This document shows positions 30,929 through 42,576 of a DNA stretch of 64,000 nucleotides, in pieces. The number at the start of each line of letters is the position of its first letter. The stretch's first letter is position 1. A model generated the notes under the pieces. It searched no databases. It saw nothing but the letters and a program-made list of their open reading frames with translations, and was not told the origin of the DNA. The stretch covers positions 768,001 to 832,000 of the forward strand of contig CAWAIF010000003.1 of assembly GCA_963782055.1 (NCBI GenBank). Reading direction: 5' to 3'. The DNA is from an uncultured delta proteobacterium. Its GTDB lineage: Bacteria; Myxococcota_A; Polyangia; Polyangiales; Polyangiaceae. The position numbers and the translations under genes are program-made.

Positions 30929-33283
30929 ATGGCCATCAAAGAGTACAAGCCTGGAAGCGCGTTTCCCGGTGTGATCGGGCGGACCTTCGACGTCTCCAGC
31001 CCGGCGTGGCCCATGCCGCGGCGGGCGAAGGCGGGCGCGCCGAACGTGCTGTTTCTGGTGCTGGACGACACCGGCTTCGGACAGCTGGGCTGTTATGGAA
31101 GCCCCATCTCCACGCCGAACATCGACGCCCTCGCGAAGAACGGGCTGTTCTTCAACAACATGCACACGACCGCGCTCTGCTCGCCGACGCGCACGTGCAT
31201 CATCACCGGGCGCAACCACCACTCCAACGCGATGTCGTGCATCACCGAGGGCTCCACCGGATATCCCGGCGCCAACGGGTACATCCCCTTCGAGAACGGG
31301 TTCCTCTCCGAGATCCTCCTGGAGCACGGCTACAACACCTTCGCGCTCGGCAAGTGGCACCTGACGCCGGCGGATCAGCTGTCGGCGGCCGGCCCCTACG
31401 ACCGCTGGCCGCTCGGCCGGGGCTTCGAGCGCTACTACGGCTTCCTCGGCGGCGACACGCACCAGTACTACCCCGAGCTCGTCTACGACAACCACACCGT
31501 GGAGCCGGAGAAGACGCCCAAGGAGGGCTACCACCTGACCGTGGATCTGGTGGACAAGGCCATCGGCTTCATCGCCGACGCCAAGCAGATCGCTCCGGAC
31601 AAGCCCTTCTTCCTGTACTTCTGCCCCGGCGCCACGCACGCGCCGCACCACGTCCCCAAGGAGTGGGCCGACAGGTACAAGGGCAAGTTCGACGCCGGCT
31701 GGGACGCGTATCGCGAGAAGACCTTCGCGCGGCAGAAGGAGCTCGGCGTCGTCCCGAAGGACGCGGTGCTCTCGCGGCACGACCCGGACGTCCCCGACTG
31801 GGAGACGCTGTCGGCGGACGAGAAGAAGCTCTACGCGCGCATGATGGAGGTGTTCGCGGGCTTCCTCACCCACACCGACTTCCACGTCGGGCGGCTGTTC
31901 GAGTTCCTCAAGTCGATCGGCGAGTGGGAAAACACGCTGATCATGCTCATCTCCGACAACGGCGCGAGCTCCGAAGGCGGGCCCACGGGCTCGGTCAACG
32001 AGAACAAGTTCTTCAACAACATCCCCGACTCCCTGCAGGAGAACCTGCGGAAGATCGACGAGCTCGGCGGACCGTCGACGTTCAATCACTACGCCTGGGG
32101 GTGGACCTTCGCCGGGAACACGCCCTTCCGGCGCTGGAAGCGTGAGACCTACCGCGGCGGCGTCAGTGATCCGTTCATCGTCCACTGGCCGAAGGGCATC
32201 AAGGCGAAGGGCGAGCTGCGCACGCAGTACGCGCACGCGATCGACATGGTCCCGACGGTGCTCGAGCTGCTGGACATCGAAGCCCCGCAGTCCATCCGGG
32301 GCGTCACGCAGTCGCCCATCCAGGGACACAGCTTCGCCCAGGCGCTCGATGACGCGAAGACGCCCACGAAGCACCTCACCCAGTACTTCGAGATGATGGG
32401 GCACCGCGCCATCTACCACGAGGGATGGCGCGCGGTGTGCCCGTGGCCGGGGACGTCCTTCAAGGAATCCGGGATGTTCTTCGGCGCCCCGATCGACAAG
32501 GACAAGCTGGCCGAGCTCGATGCGAAGAGCTGGGAGCTGTATCACATCGACGAGGACTTCGCGGAGAACCACGACGTCGCCGCCAAGAACCGCCAGAAGC
32601 TGATCGAGATGATCGCGACATGGTACGTCGAGGCGGGCAAGTACGATGTCCTCCCCATCGACTCGCGAGGCACGCTCCGCTTCGCCGACCCGCGGCCGCA
32701 GCTCGCGACCGATCGCACCAGCTACACCTACTACCCCGGCACGCAGATGGTCCCCACCAACGCGGCGGCCAAGGTGCTCAATCGGCCCCACAGCATCACG
32801 GCCGACGTGGAGATCCCCGAGGGGGGAGCGGACGGCGTGCTGCTCTCTGCGGGAGACGTGCAGGGCGGCTTCTCGTTCTACGTGCAGCACGGCAAGCTGC
32901 AGTACGTCTACAGCTACGTCGGCAGCAGCTTCTCCCACGTCGTCGCGACGGTTCCCGTCCCGGAGGGGCGCCACAAGCTGCGCTTCGAGTTCGAGGTGAC
33001 CGGCAAGCCCGACATCCCCCACGGCAAGGGCGCGCCGGGGCGTGGCCTGCTCTACATCGACGGCAAGCTCGTCGGCCAGGGCGACATCCCGCTCACCATG
33101 CCGCTCTCCCTCGGGCTCGGCGGAGGCTTCGTCTGCGGTGCCGACAGCGGCTCGCCGGTCTGGACGGAGTACCAGCCGCCGTTCAAGTTCAGCGGCACGC
33201 TCCACAGCGTGACCGTCGACGTGAGCGGAGAGCTCATCGAGGACGCCGAGCACGCGATGAAGGTGATCCTCGCGCGGCAGTAG
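30929..33283 (+). CDS. Arylsulfatase (Cys-type, formylglycine-dependent) with a C-terminal beta domain
   Basis: GGAGG RBS; PNVL..VLDD, CSPTR..ITGR, GKWH, SDNG motifs. Confidence 0.93.
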   Translation: MAIKEYKPGSAFPGVIGRTFDVSSPAWPMPRRAKAGAPNVLFLVLDDTGFGQLGCYGSPISTPNIDALAKNGLFFNNMHTTALCSPTRTCIITGRNHHSNAMSCITEGSTGYPGANGYIPFENGFLSEILLEHGYNTFALGKWHLTPADQLSAAGPYDRWPLGRGFERYYGFLGGDTHQYYPELVYDNHTVEPEKTPKEGYHLTVDLVDKAIGFIADAKQIAPDKPFFLYFCPGATHAPHHVPKEWADRYKGKFDAGWDAYREKTFARQKELGVVPKDAVLSRHDPDVPDWETLSADEKKLYARMMEVFAGFLTHTDFHVGRLFEFLKSIGEWENTLIMLISDNGASSEGGPTGSVNENKFFNNIPDSLQENLRKIDELGGPSTFNHYAWGWTFAGNTPFRRWKRETYRGGVSDPFIVHWPKGIKAKGELRTQYAHAIDMVPTVLELLDIEAPQSIRGVTQSPIQGHSFAQALDDAKTPTKHLTQYFEMMGHRAIYHEGWRAVCPWPGTSFKESGMFFGAPIDKDKLAELDAKSWELYHIDEDFAENHDVAAKNRQKLIEMIATWYVEAGKYDVLPIDSRGTLRFADPRPQLATDRTSYTYYPGTQMVPTNAAAKVLNRPHSITADVEIPEGGADGVLLSAGDVQGGFSFYVQHGKLQYVYSYVGSSFSHVVATVPVPEGRHKLRFEFEVTGKPDIPHGKGAPGRGLLYIDGKLVGQGDIPLTMPLSLGLGGGFVCGADSGSPVWTEYQPPFKFSGTLHSVTVDVSGELIEDAEHAMKVILARQ

Positions 33284-33597
33284 CGCGCGCGCAGCTCAGC
33301 GCACGCTCTCGCGCAGGTGAACCAGGGTCTGGTCCGCGTCGTCCACGCGGATCCTCCGAGCCTCCGGACGCGCGCGTCATGGTGTGGCCCGCACCGTCCG
33401 CGCCGCGAACGAACCCGCTGCGGGGCGCTCCGCTGCGGTCGGAATATTGGGCGCACCCGCCTCGCGCGTCGCGTCGATCCGCGGTGGTCAGGCGCTTGCA
33501 AGACGGACCGGCGCGCGATCGCGTTGGAGGGCAGCGAGGTGCAGGTTCTTCACCGGGCGACCAAGGCGTTCTGCTGGCGAGACGAAGGAGGTGCACC

Positions 33598-33732
33598 GTG
33601 AGCACGGTGGGTGACGCGACGAGGGGAGCGGTGAGCGTTCCGGGCGAGGAGCACCACGACGGCGCGACGCTCGCGGTCGTCTTGATGCTGCTGGGCGTCT
33701 TCGCCTTCACCGCCCCGGTGGCGTCGCTCTGA
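33598..33732 (+). CDS. Putative 44-aa single-TM peptide
   Basis: AAGGAGG 6 nt before the GTG; hydrophobic C-terminal half; ends 7 nt before the channel gene. Confidence 0.4.
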   Translation: MSTVGDATRGAVSVPGEEHHDGATLAVVLMLLGVFAFTAPVASL

Positions 33733-33739
33733 GGCGACC

Positions 33740-34864
33740 ATGGAAGAGAAGCCCACCGCGCGCGACGACACCAGAGACGTGATCACCCCGAGGGCCCGTC
33801 GCCTGGTCTCGGTGTGGACGCTGGCGATCGTGCTCCTGTACGCCGTCTCTGCCTTCTTCGGGGCGCGCACGCTCCGCGGCTACGAGGCCGAGACGGAGCA
33901 GGCGCGCCAGGACTTCCTTCAGGCCGCGACCATCGACAGCGCGCATGTGCCCGACGCGGCCGTGCTGGCGAAGGCCACCGAGGTGAGCGTCGGCATCTAT
34001 GTCAACGCCATCGGAGACGTCTCCACGCGGGACGGGACCTGGACGGAGGACTTCGACATCTGGTTCCGCTGGCAGAACTCCCCTGACGCCCCCATCGACC
34101 CGGGCGCCACCTTCCAGGTCGTCAACGGCGCGATCACGGAGCGGGACGAGGTCGTCTCCTACGCCACCGGAGCGGAGCGGTACGCGCGCTACCGGGTGAG
34201 GGCGCGGTTCACCAAGGCCTTCGACCCCGGGCGCTACCCCTTCGGCAACGATGCGCTGACGACACAGGTGGAGGACGGCGCTCACGGCGTGGACCGCGTG
34301 CGGTACGTAGCCGACGAGCAGAGCAGCGGGGTCAACCGTCGCGCGGTCCCGCGCGGCGTCGCCGTCACGCAGACCCTCGTCACCGTCAAGTACCTGGCTC
34401 ACGAGTCCACGCTGGGCGACCCGCGCGCCGGCGCGCCGAAGACCCACTCGCTGCTCGTCTTCGCGATGGTCGTGGCGCCCACGAGCAGCCAGCTGTACCT
34501 CAAGAACTTCCAGGCGCTCTTCGCCGCGATCGCCGTCACGTTCATCGTGTTCTTCATCAGGCCGATCCACGTGGACGCTCGCTTCGGACTGCCGGTGGGG
34601 GCCATCTTCACGGCCACCGCGAACAACCTCATGGTCGTGGGCAGCCTCCCGCCGACAGGGCGCTTCACGCTGGCGGCGATGGTCAACGCCGCGGGCCTGG
34701 CGACCATCTTCCTCACGCTGGTCGAGTCGGCCATCTCGCTGTACCTGCTGGACACGCTCGGCCGCGAGCGACTGTATCGATGGATCGACCGGTGCTCCTT
34801 CGTCGCGCTCCTGCTCGGCTACCTGTCGCTGAACGTCGTTCTGGTCTGGGCGGCCACGCGATGA
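33740..34864 (+). CDS. Prokaryotic Cys-less pentameric ligand-gated ion channel homologue
   Basis: V.VGIYV, DF.IWFRW, FD..RYPF Pro-loop, M1-M4 with RFGLPVGAIFT (M2) and LP.TG.FT (M2-M3 loop). Confidence 0.8.
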   Translation: MEEKPTARDDTRDVITPRARRLVSVWTLAIVLLYAVSAFFGARTLRGYEAETEQARQDFLQAATIDSAHVPDAAVLAKATEVSVGIYVNAIGDVSTRDGTWTEDFDIWFRWQNSPDAPIDPGATFQVVNGAITERDEVVSYATGAERYARYRVRARFTKAFDPGRYPFGNDALTTQVEDGAHGVDRVRYVADEQSSGVNRRAVPRGVAVTQTLVTVKYLAHESTLGDPRAGAPKTHSLLVFAMVVAPTSSQLYLKNFQALFAAIAVTFIVFFIRPIHVDARFGLPVGAIFTATANNLMVVGSLPPTGRFTLAAMVNAAGLATIFLTLVESAISLYLLDTLGRERLYRWIDRCSFVALLLGYLSLNVVLVWAATR

Positions 34865-35161
34865 CTCCTCGCCGCACGGGTGGTGTGCTCGTCGTGGCGT
34901 CGGTGCTCGCCCTCTGTTGCCCCGCGCGCGCCTCGGCGGGCCTCGTCGCAGAACGACGTGGAGCTCGTCGGCGGGGACCCTGGCGTTCGCGGGAGCGGGT
35001 TCTCGTTGGAGGGGCGATGGTGCTCGGCTCGGTGTTCGCCGCGCGACGCGTCGCGCTCTGGGCCCAGTGCGACGCCGTCTGGCCGCTCGGCGTGCCGGCG
35101 CCATGTCCGCCGGGCTTCGCCAGCGGACGGCGGCGCTCTGAGACTGCGGTCGAGCCGAACG

Positions 35162-36664
35162 TCAGTGCGCGACGAGCCGGGTGTCGCGGCCGAGGGCGTG
35201 GTCGAGGCGCACGCGGGCCGTACGCGCGTCGATGCGGGCGTTGAGCATCTGGAGGCGCGCGCGCGTGAGCTCGGTCTCGGCGTCGGTGAGGGTGGTGGAG
35301 GTCACGCGCCCGGCCTTGAACAGCTCGCGGGCGACGCGTACGGCCTCGTGCGCCGAGGTGAGCTGCTTCTCGGTGCTCTGGACGGAGAAGTCCGCCTCCT
35401 GCACGCCCTGGTAGGCCTGCGTGACCTCGATCGCGATCCCGTCGAGCAGGGTCTTCTTCTGGGCCTCGAGCGCCGCAGCGCGGCTCGACGCGTCGGCGCT
35501 GTTGGCGAGGGCGGTGGGGATGTCGTTCGGGCTCCACGTCAGGCGCGCGCCGGCGTCCCAGGTCGGAAACCACGTCTCGCTCTGCGGGAAGATGCGCTGG
35601 TTCGGGCTGGCGTACGTCGCGTCGCCGAAGGCGGAGAGCTGCGGGTACATCCCCGCCCGCTGGACGCGCGCCTGCGCCTTCACCGCCTCGATGTTGGCGT
35701 CGATGCTGTGGATCTCGAGGCGCGTGGAGTCGGCCTGCCCGATGAGCGCCGGCAGGTTGCCCTGCACCGGCGGGAGCGGGCGCGCGTCGATCGTCTCGCC
35801 CGACGTGAGCGTGACGCTGTCGGCGACGTGCATCGCGACGCGGAGCTGTTTGGCGGCGAGGTCGACGAAGTTCTGCGCCTGCACGACGGCGAGCTCGGCG
35901 CTGGAGACCGCGGTCTCCCCGCGCAGCACGTCGACCTGCGAGGCGTTGCCGACGGTGAACAGGTTCTTGGTGTCGGTGAGGTGCGTCTTCTGGTCCTGCA
36001 GCGCGAGCGTGGCGACGACGAGCGCGCCGCGGGCGCGTAGCCAGTTGTAGAATGCAACCTCCCCGTCGGACGCCGACTTGGCGCGCGCCGTGGCGACGTC
36101 GTAGCGCGCGGCGTCGCGCGCGTGGGTGGCGGCCGTGTAGTTCTCGTTGATGCGCAGGAAGTAGTCGGTGATGGGGACGACGAGCGTCGCCTGCAGCAGC
36201 CAGTTGTTGAAGACCAGGGGGAAGGCGAACGCCGAGGCGGGGATGGCGATCAGGGAGTTGGGGTCCACCTTGCATCCCGGAAGCCCCGCGTTCGGGGTGC
36301 ACGGCGCCGCCGACGCGACGAGCGATCCGCTGGTGCCCGCCGAGAAGACCGACGGCGGGGTGAACTCGCTGAGGCGCGTGTAGCTGAAGACGCCGGAGAG
36401 GCGCGGCAGGAAGGCGTACCAGGCGGCGTCGACGCGCGCCGCCGCGCCTCGCAGGGCCTCCTCCGCGGCCTTGGCCTGGTAGCTCGTCTTGCCGGCCGCG
36501 GTGCCGACCGCGGTGGCGGTGAGCCCTCCGGGCTCCGCCTTGAGCGCCTCGTTGAAGGCCTGGTCCTCTGCGGCGGCCGCCGACTGCGCGCCTTCCTGGG
36601 CGAAGGCACGGATGGGGAGGAGAAGCGCTGCGGCCATGCCGGCCATCAAGAGAGTGGTTCGCAT
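35162..36664 (-). CDS. TolC-family outer membrane efflux protein
   Basis: Signal peptide; two OEP repeats (FLPRLS, MYPQLS; F..G..S..DVL / FKAG..T...L.DA). Confidence 0.88.
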   Translation of the reverse strand: MRTTLLMAGMAAALLLPIRAFAQEGAQSAAAAEDQAFNEALKAEPGGLTATAVGTAAGKTSYQAKAAEEALRGAAARVDAAWYAFLPRLSGVFSYTRLSEFTPPSVFSAGTSGSLVASAAPCTPNAGLPGCKVDPNSLIAIPASAFAFPLVFNNWLLQATLVVPITDYFLRINENYTAATHARDAARYDVATARAKSASDGEVAFYNWLRARGALVVATLALQDQKTHLTDTKNLFTVGNASQVDVLRGETAVSSAELAVVQAQNFVDLAAKQLRVAMHVADSVTLTSGETIDARPLPPVQGNLPALIGQADSTRLEIHSIDANIEAVKAQARVQRAGMYPQLSAFGDATYASPNQRIFPQSETWFPTWDAGARLTWSPNDIPTALANSADASSRAAALEAQKKTLLDGIAIEVTQAYQGVQEADFSVQSTEKQLTSAHEAVRVARELFKAGRVTSTTLTDAETELTRARLQMLNARIDARTARVRLDHALGRDTRLVAH

Positions 36665-36977
36665 GAGGTCCTCGTCGGAGCGGCAACTTAGAGCCGATCG
36701 GTCGGGTGCACCACCGCCGTTGGATGCGCTTCAACAATTCTTCATCTCCCGCGTGCCGCTGTCTGAAAACCGACGGGCCGCCGGGTGGCTCGGCGGACGC
36801 GTGGCGCGGCGCGGGTGGGCCGACCGTCGCTCCCTCGAGCGGGTAGGGGGCAGTTCATGTGCGCGCTAACGATCTCGCGCGCGGCAGGGATTTCCCGGGG
36901 GACGGGACCCGCGAGGCTGGGGGGCCCGTGGCGGGGCGTCGCCGGCGCGCGCGCGCAGCGCCTCGCGAGGAGGGCCC

Positions 36978-37970
36978 CTACCAGACGGCGTCCTGATCCT
37001 CCGCCACGCCGAGCACGTCCTTCACCGTGACGCGCTCCTCGCCCAGCCGCACCGTCCCCGTCCACACCCCCGCCGGCTGCACGAACCGCGTGCGCACGAC
37101 GCCGAAGTTCTTGTTCTCCTCGTGCATCGCCCCGGGGTCGAAGCGCAGGTCCACCGCCTCGTCCGCGCTCGTCACGCGCCAGCCCGCGAGCGGCGCCTCC
37201 CGGTCGAAGTCGAAGCGCCCCTCCGCCAGCGGGTGCACCTCTCCGCGCCACCACGCGGCGCACTCGGCGTCGCCGGTGAAGCCCTGAACCAGGTTGAGGC
37301 CGAAGGGCTCGCCCGCCTCCGTCGTGCCGAGCGCGAAGGCCCATCGCCACGCGGTGCGCCGGCCGAGCAGGCCGTGCGTGTAGTCGTAGCCCCCCAGGCC
37401 CCCCTCCAGGTTCACCGTCCGTCCGCCCGCGCGCAGCGAGCCCGACGCCGCGAGCAGCAGCCGCTTCTCGGTCACGTTGACCACGCCCCCGCGCACCGGG
37501 GCGATCGCCGTGATGGACGGCGGGGCCTCCCGCGCGTCCAGACGGGCGTCCAGGTCGATCCCTGCGCTCATCCCGCGCACCGCGAAGACGCCCGCCTCGC
37601 GCGTCACCGTGATCTGCAGCGCGCGCGAGCGAAATTGCATTCTGCAACCATCCTGCGCGCCGTCGGAGACGCGCGCGGCGCGCGGGCCGCCCACCGCGTC
37701 GGCGTGCGCGAGCATCCGCCGCGTCTTGCGATCGTAGGCGAAGACGAACCCGTTGGACGCGTAGCCCAGGTTCACCACGCACGCCGCCACGTAGACGTCG
37801 CCGCTGGCGAGCCCCACGTAGACCCAGCGCTTGCGTCGCAGCGCGTTGGCGACCGCGCCGGAGAGGGGCGAGAGGTCGACGTGCGCGACGGCGCCACGGT
37901 ACGACCCGTAGCGGGGCGCCCCTGCGCCGTCGAGGACCGAAGCGGGTGCTTCCAGAAGGTCGCGGGCCAT
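36978..37970 (-). CDS. DUF2804-family protein
   Basis: RRKRW.Y, LGY, D.THG...R.T.WRWA, GLNL..GF...E...W, F.QP.G.W.G, G..ED..A.W. Confidence 0.8.
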   Translation of the reverse strand: MARDLLEAPASVLDGAGAPRYGSYRGAVAHVDLSPLSGAVANALRRKRWVYVGLASGDVYVAACVVNLGYASNGFVFAYDRKTRRMLAHADAVGGPRAARVSDGAQDGCRMQFRSRALQITVTREAGVFAVRGMSAGIDLDARLDAREAPPSITAIAPVRGGVVNVTEKRLLLAASGSLRAGGRTVNLEGGLGGYDYTHGLLGRRTAWRWAFALGTTEAGEPFGLNLVQGFTGDAECAAWWRGEVHPLAEGRFDFDREAPLAGWRVTSADEAVDLRFDPGAMHEENKNFGVVRTRFVQPAGVWTGTVRLGEERVTVKDVLGVAEDQDAVW

Positions 37971-37987
37971 GCCATGGTCAGCCTGGC

Positions 37988-38482
37988 ATGAGAAGGGCGG
38001 TGGTGGTCCTGGTCTTCGCGGTCGGCCTCGCTTGCGGCAAATCCAGCGCGCCGGAGGAGCCGCCGGCGCCCGCGCCCGTGGAGGCGGCGCCCGTGGCGAA
38101 GGGCAGGGTGGAGCTGGTGGACGCGCCGGAGGGCGACGTGCCCACGCTGGTGACCCAGGCGCGTGCCAGCGCCGAGTCGCGGCACCGCAAGCTGCTCGTG
38201 TACATCGGCGCGACCTGGTGCGAGCCGTGCCAGCGCTTTCACCACGCCGCGGAGAAGGGGGAGCTGGACGCCGAGTTCCCCGACCTCACCCTCCTCGTCT
38301 TCGACATGGACCGCGACGGCGTGCGCCTCGGGATGGCGGGCTACCAGCCCGAGTTCATCCCCTACTTCGGCATCCCCGACGCCCAGGGCAAGGCGACCGA
38401 CGAGGCGGTGATGGGATCCATCAAGGGCGCGGGCGCGGTCGGCGAGATCGTCCCGCACCTGCACCAGCTCCTCGGTGAGTGA
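37988..38482 (+). CDS. Thioredoxin-family lipoprotein
   Basis: Lipobox GLAC; GATWCEPC; IP cis-Pro motif. Confidence 0.85.
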   Translation: MRRAVVVLVFAVGLACGKSSAPEEPPAPAPVEAAPVAKGRVELVDAPEGDVPTLVTQARASAESRHRKLLVYIGATWCEPCQRFHHAAEKGELDAEFPDLTLLVFDMDRDGVRLGMAGYQPEFIPYFGIPDAQGKATDEAVMGSIKGAGAVGEIVPHLHQLLGE

Positions 38483-38501
38483 CACGCAACGGAGACAGGC
38501 G

Positions 38502-39536
38502 ATGCAGACCGAAGCCATGGTGATGAACAGGACGGGCGGGCCGGAGGTGCTGGAGCGCGCCACCATCGAGCTGCCCGAGCCCGGCCCGCGGGAGGTGCGC
38601 GTGCGCGTGCGCGCCGTCGCCCTCAACCACCTGGACCTCTGGACCCGGCGCGGCTTGCCCAACATCCGCTACGAGTTCCCTCACCGCCTGGGCGCGGACA
38701 TCGCCGGCGAGATCGAGGCGCTCGGCCCGGGCGCGCGCAACGCGACCGTCGGCCAGAAGGTGATGATCAACCCGGGCCTCTCCTGCGGCGTGTGCATGCG
38801 CTGCCTGGACGGCGACGACAACCTCTGCGCGAAGTACCGCATCTTCGGCGAGGGGACGCAGGGCGGCTACGCGCGGCAGATCAACGTGCCGGACACCAAC
38901 CTGCTGCCCATGCCGGAGGGTCTGTCCTTCGTGCAGGCCGCCGCCATCCCGCTCGTCTTCCTCACCGCGTGGCAGATGGTGGTGCGGCGCGGGGAGGTGA
39001 AGCCCGGGCAGACGGTGCTCGTGCAGGCGGCGGGGAGCGGCGTCTCCAGCGCGGCCATCCAGATCGCCCGCCTCTTCGGCGCGCGCGTCCTCGCCACCAC
39101 CAGCACCGAGGAGAAGGCGAAGCGGGCGAAGGCGCTCGGGGCCGACGAGGTCATCAACTACACCACGCACGACTTCGTCGCCGAGACGAAGAAGCTCACC
39201 GGCAAGCGCGGGGTGGACGTGGTGATCGAGCACGTCGGCGGCGACGTCTTCGTCAAGAGCATCCGCGCGGCGGCGTGGGGCGGGCGCGTGGTGACGTGCG
39301 GCGCGACCGCCGGCTTCACCCCCCAGATCGACCTCAGGCAGATCTTCTTCCGGCAGGTGCAGGTGCTCGGCTCCACGATGGGCCGCAAGGGGGATCTCTT
39401 CACCATCCTGGAGCACGTGAAGGCCGGGCGGCTCGCGGCGGTGGTGGACCGCACCTTCCCGCTCTGGGAGGCGGCGAAGGCGCACCAGCTGCTGGAGGAC
39501 CGGAAGGCGTTCGGCAAGGTCGTGCTGGAGGTGTGA
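38502..39536 (+). CDS. Zinc-binding (MDR) alcohol dehydrogenase/oxidoreductase
   Basis: ALNHLD, structural Zn CGVC..C..G..N.C, AAGSGV, GKVVL; GGAG RBS. Confidence 0.92.
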   Translation: MQTEAMVMNRTGGPEVLERATIELPEPGPREVRVRVRAVALNHLDLWTRRGLPNIRYEFPHRLGADIAGEIEALGPGARNATVGQKVMINPGLSCGVCMRCLDGDDNLCAKYRIFGEGTQGGYARQINVPDTNLLPMPEGLSFVQAAAIPLVFLTAWQMVVRRGEVKPGQTVLVQAAGSGVSSAAIQIARLFGARVLATTSTEEKAKRAKALGADEVINYTTHDFVAETKKLTGKRGVDVVIEHVGGDVFVKSIRAAAWGGRVVTCGATAGFTPQIDLRQIFFRQVQVLGSTMGRKGDLFTILEHVKAGRLAAVVDRTFPLWEAAKAHQLLEDRKAFGKVVLEV

Positions 39537-40721
39537 TGCGCTCTCTCCGCTCCCACTTCCGGCGCGCGATCCAGGCCGACCCGGAGCGCGTGCACCTCGC
39601 CGCGCACAGCCATCACCTCTGGCCGGACGCGAGCTTCGACGCGCACGTGGCGGCGTGGGAGGACGCCGCGCGCCTCGCTGACCGCAAGTGGGACAAGGTC
39701 TTCGGGGAGGTGTGGCCCGCGGCGCAGTCGCACGTGGCGCGCGCCCTGCGGCTGCCCGACCCGAAGACCGTCGCCTTCGCCCCCAACACCCACGAGCTGG
39801 CGATGCGCGTCCTCTCCGGGCTACGCGCCCCGACAGGTGAGCGGCCGCACCGCATCCTGACGACCGACGGGGAGTTTCACTCCTGGAAGCGGCAGCTCGC
39901 CCGGCTGGAGGAGGACGGGCTGGCGAAGGTCACGCGCGTGCCGGTCGAGCCCTTCGCCACCTTCACCGAGCGCTTCGCCGAGGCGGCGCGCGGCGATCTC
40001 GGATCTGGTCTACCTCAGCCAGGTCTTCTTCAACTCCGGCTTCGCGGTGGAGGACCTGGCGCGCATCGCCGGCGCGGCGCGCGCGGAGACGGTGGTGGTG
40101 GTGGACGGCTACCACGGCTTCTGGGCGGTGGACACCGACCTCTCGGCGATCGCCTCGCGCGTCTTCTACCTCGCCGGTGGCTACAAGTACGCGATGAGCG
40201 GCGAGGGCGCGTGCTTCGTCCACGCCCCGCCGGGGTGGCTGCCGCGCCCGCGCGACACGGGGTGGTTCGCCGACTTCTTCGCCCTCGCCGCCGCGCAGGG
40301 TGGCCCGGTGCCCTACGCGGCGGACGGGTCGCGCTTCTTGGGCGCGACCTTCGACCCGACGGCGCTCTACCGCTTCGTCGCGGTGATGGACTGGCTCGCG
40401 AAGGAAGGCGTGGACCCCGCCGCCGCGCACGCCCACGCCCACGCGATGCAGGCGCGCTTCCTCGCCGCGCTGCGCGTGCACCCGGGGCTGCCGGTGCGGG
40501 AGCAGGACCTGGTGGTCCCGCTCTCCGACGCACGCCGCGGCAACTTCCTCGCCTTCCGCACCCCCCGCGCGGGCGAGCTCCACGAGAAGCTGTATTCTGC
40601 AAATATCGTCACCGACGCCCGGGGCGACCGGCTCCGCTTCGGCTTCGGGGTCTACCACGACGAGGCCTCGGTGGACGCCGGGGCGGCGCGCGTGGCCGCC
40701 GTCCTCGCCCCGAAGGGGTGA
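39536..40721 (+). pseudogene. Class-V aminotransferase (kynureninase-like), frameshifted at ~40001
   Basis: HLAAHSHH, TTDGEFHS in one frame; DLVYLSQVFFNSG, VDGYH, GGYKY (PLP Lys) in the +1 frame; may be a sequencing error. Confidence 0.75.
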
Positions 40722-40733
40722 TACAGTGCGATC

Positions 40734-41873
<1,140 letters not shown>

Positions 41874-41877
41874 GGGC

Positions 41878-42576
41878 TCAGCCGCCGTCGAGCTTCCAGA
41901 GGGAGGTCTCGTCGACGAGGTAGCACCCCGCGTCGGCGTGGTCCGGAGTCTGGACGGTGACGGCGAGCGTACCGGAGGCGGTCGCCGTCCAGCGCACCCG
42001 CACGGGCTGATAGGTCGAGGAGATCGGCAATGACAAGCTGGAGATGCCGGACCCACCGGCGCCCATACCCGCCGTCACCGTGCCGATGCTGCTCGCGTCG
42101 GGGGCATCACGGACGCACGCGACGAACTCGTACGTCTCCCCCACTTTCACGGCGAGGTTCTGAACCTTCTGGTTGATCTGATCCAGGCCGCCGGTCGCGC
42201 ACACGCGGCACGCGACGCTGCCGGCGAGGGGCGCGCCGAAGTCCGCCGCCAGCGTCGATTGGTAGGCATTCCAGCCGCCGCACCCGGTCTCGAAGCCCGC
42301 GTTGGCGAGGGGGACGGGCGCGCCGAAGAGCGCCGCGCCGCAGGCATTCACGTTCGGCCCGGCGTCGGAGGCGTCGGCCGCGGACCCATCGGCCGTGGAC
42401 CCATCGGTCGCAGACCCGTCGGCCGCCAGCCCGTCGGATGGCGATCCGTCGGATGATGGCGACGCGTCCGCCCCGCTGCCCGCGTCGCCCCCCGTGAGCG
42501 CGGAGAGGTCGGTGATCACGGCGCATCCGGCGAGCGACCAGACGGCGGCGGAGCCCGCGATCACGACGAACCGCAT
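41878..42576 (-). CDS. Lipoprotein with a carbohydrate-binding-like (N.GFE) domain
   Basis: Lipobox LAGC; D/G/S/A linker; LANAGFETG..W..; terminal VD..SL. Confidence 0.65.
   Translation of the reverse strand: MRFVVIAGSAAVWSLAGCAVITDLSALTGGDAGSGADASPSSDGSPSDGLAADGSATDGSTADGSAADASDAGPNVNACGAALFGAPVPLANAGFETGCGGWNAYQSTLAADFGAPLAGSVACRVCATGGLDQINQKVQNLAVKVGETYEFVACVRDAPDASSIGTVTAGMGAGGSGISSLSLPISSTYQPVRVRWTATASGTLAVTVQTPDHADAGCYLVDETSLWKLDGG

Noticed and set aside
36694..36705. CCGATCGGTCGG near-palindrome upstream of the TolC-family gene as a TetR operator
   Set aside because: Short, imperfect and GC-rich; no TetR gene nearby; not supportable
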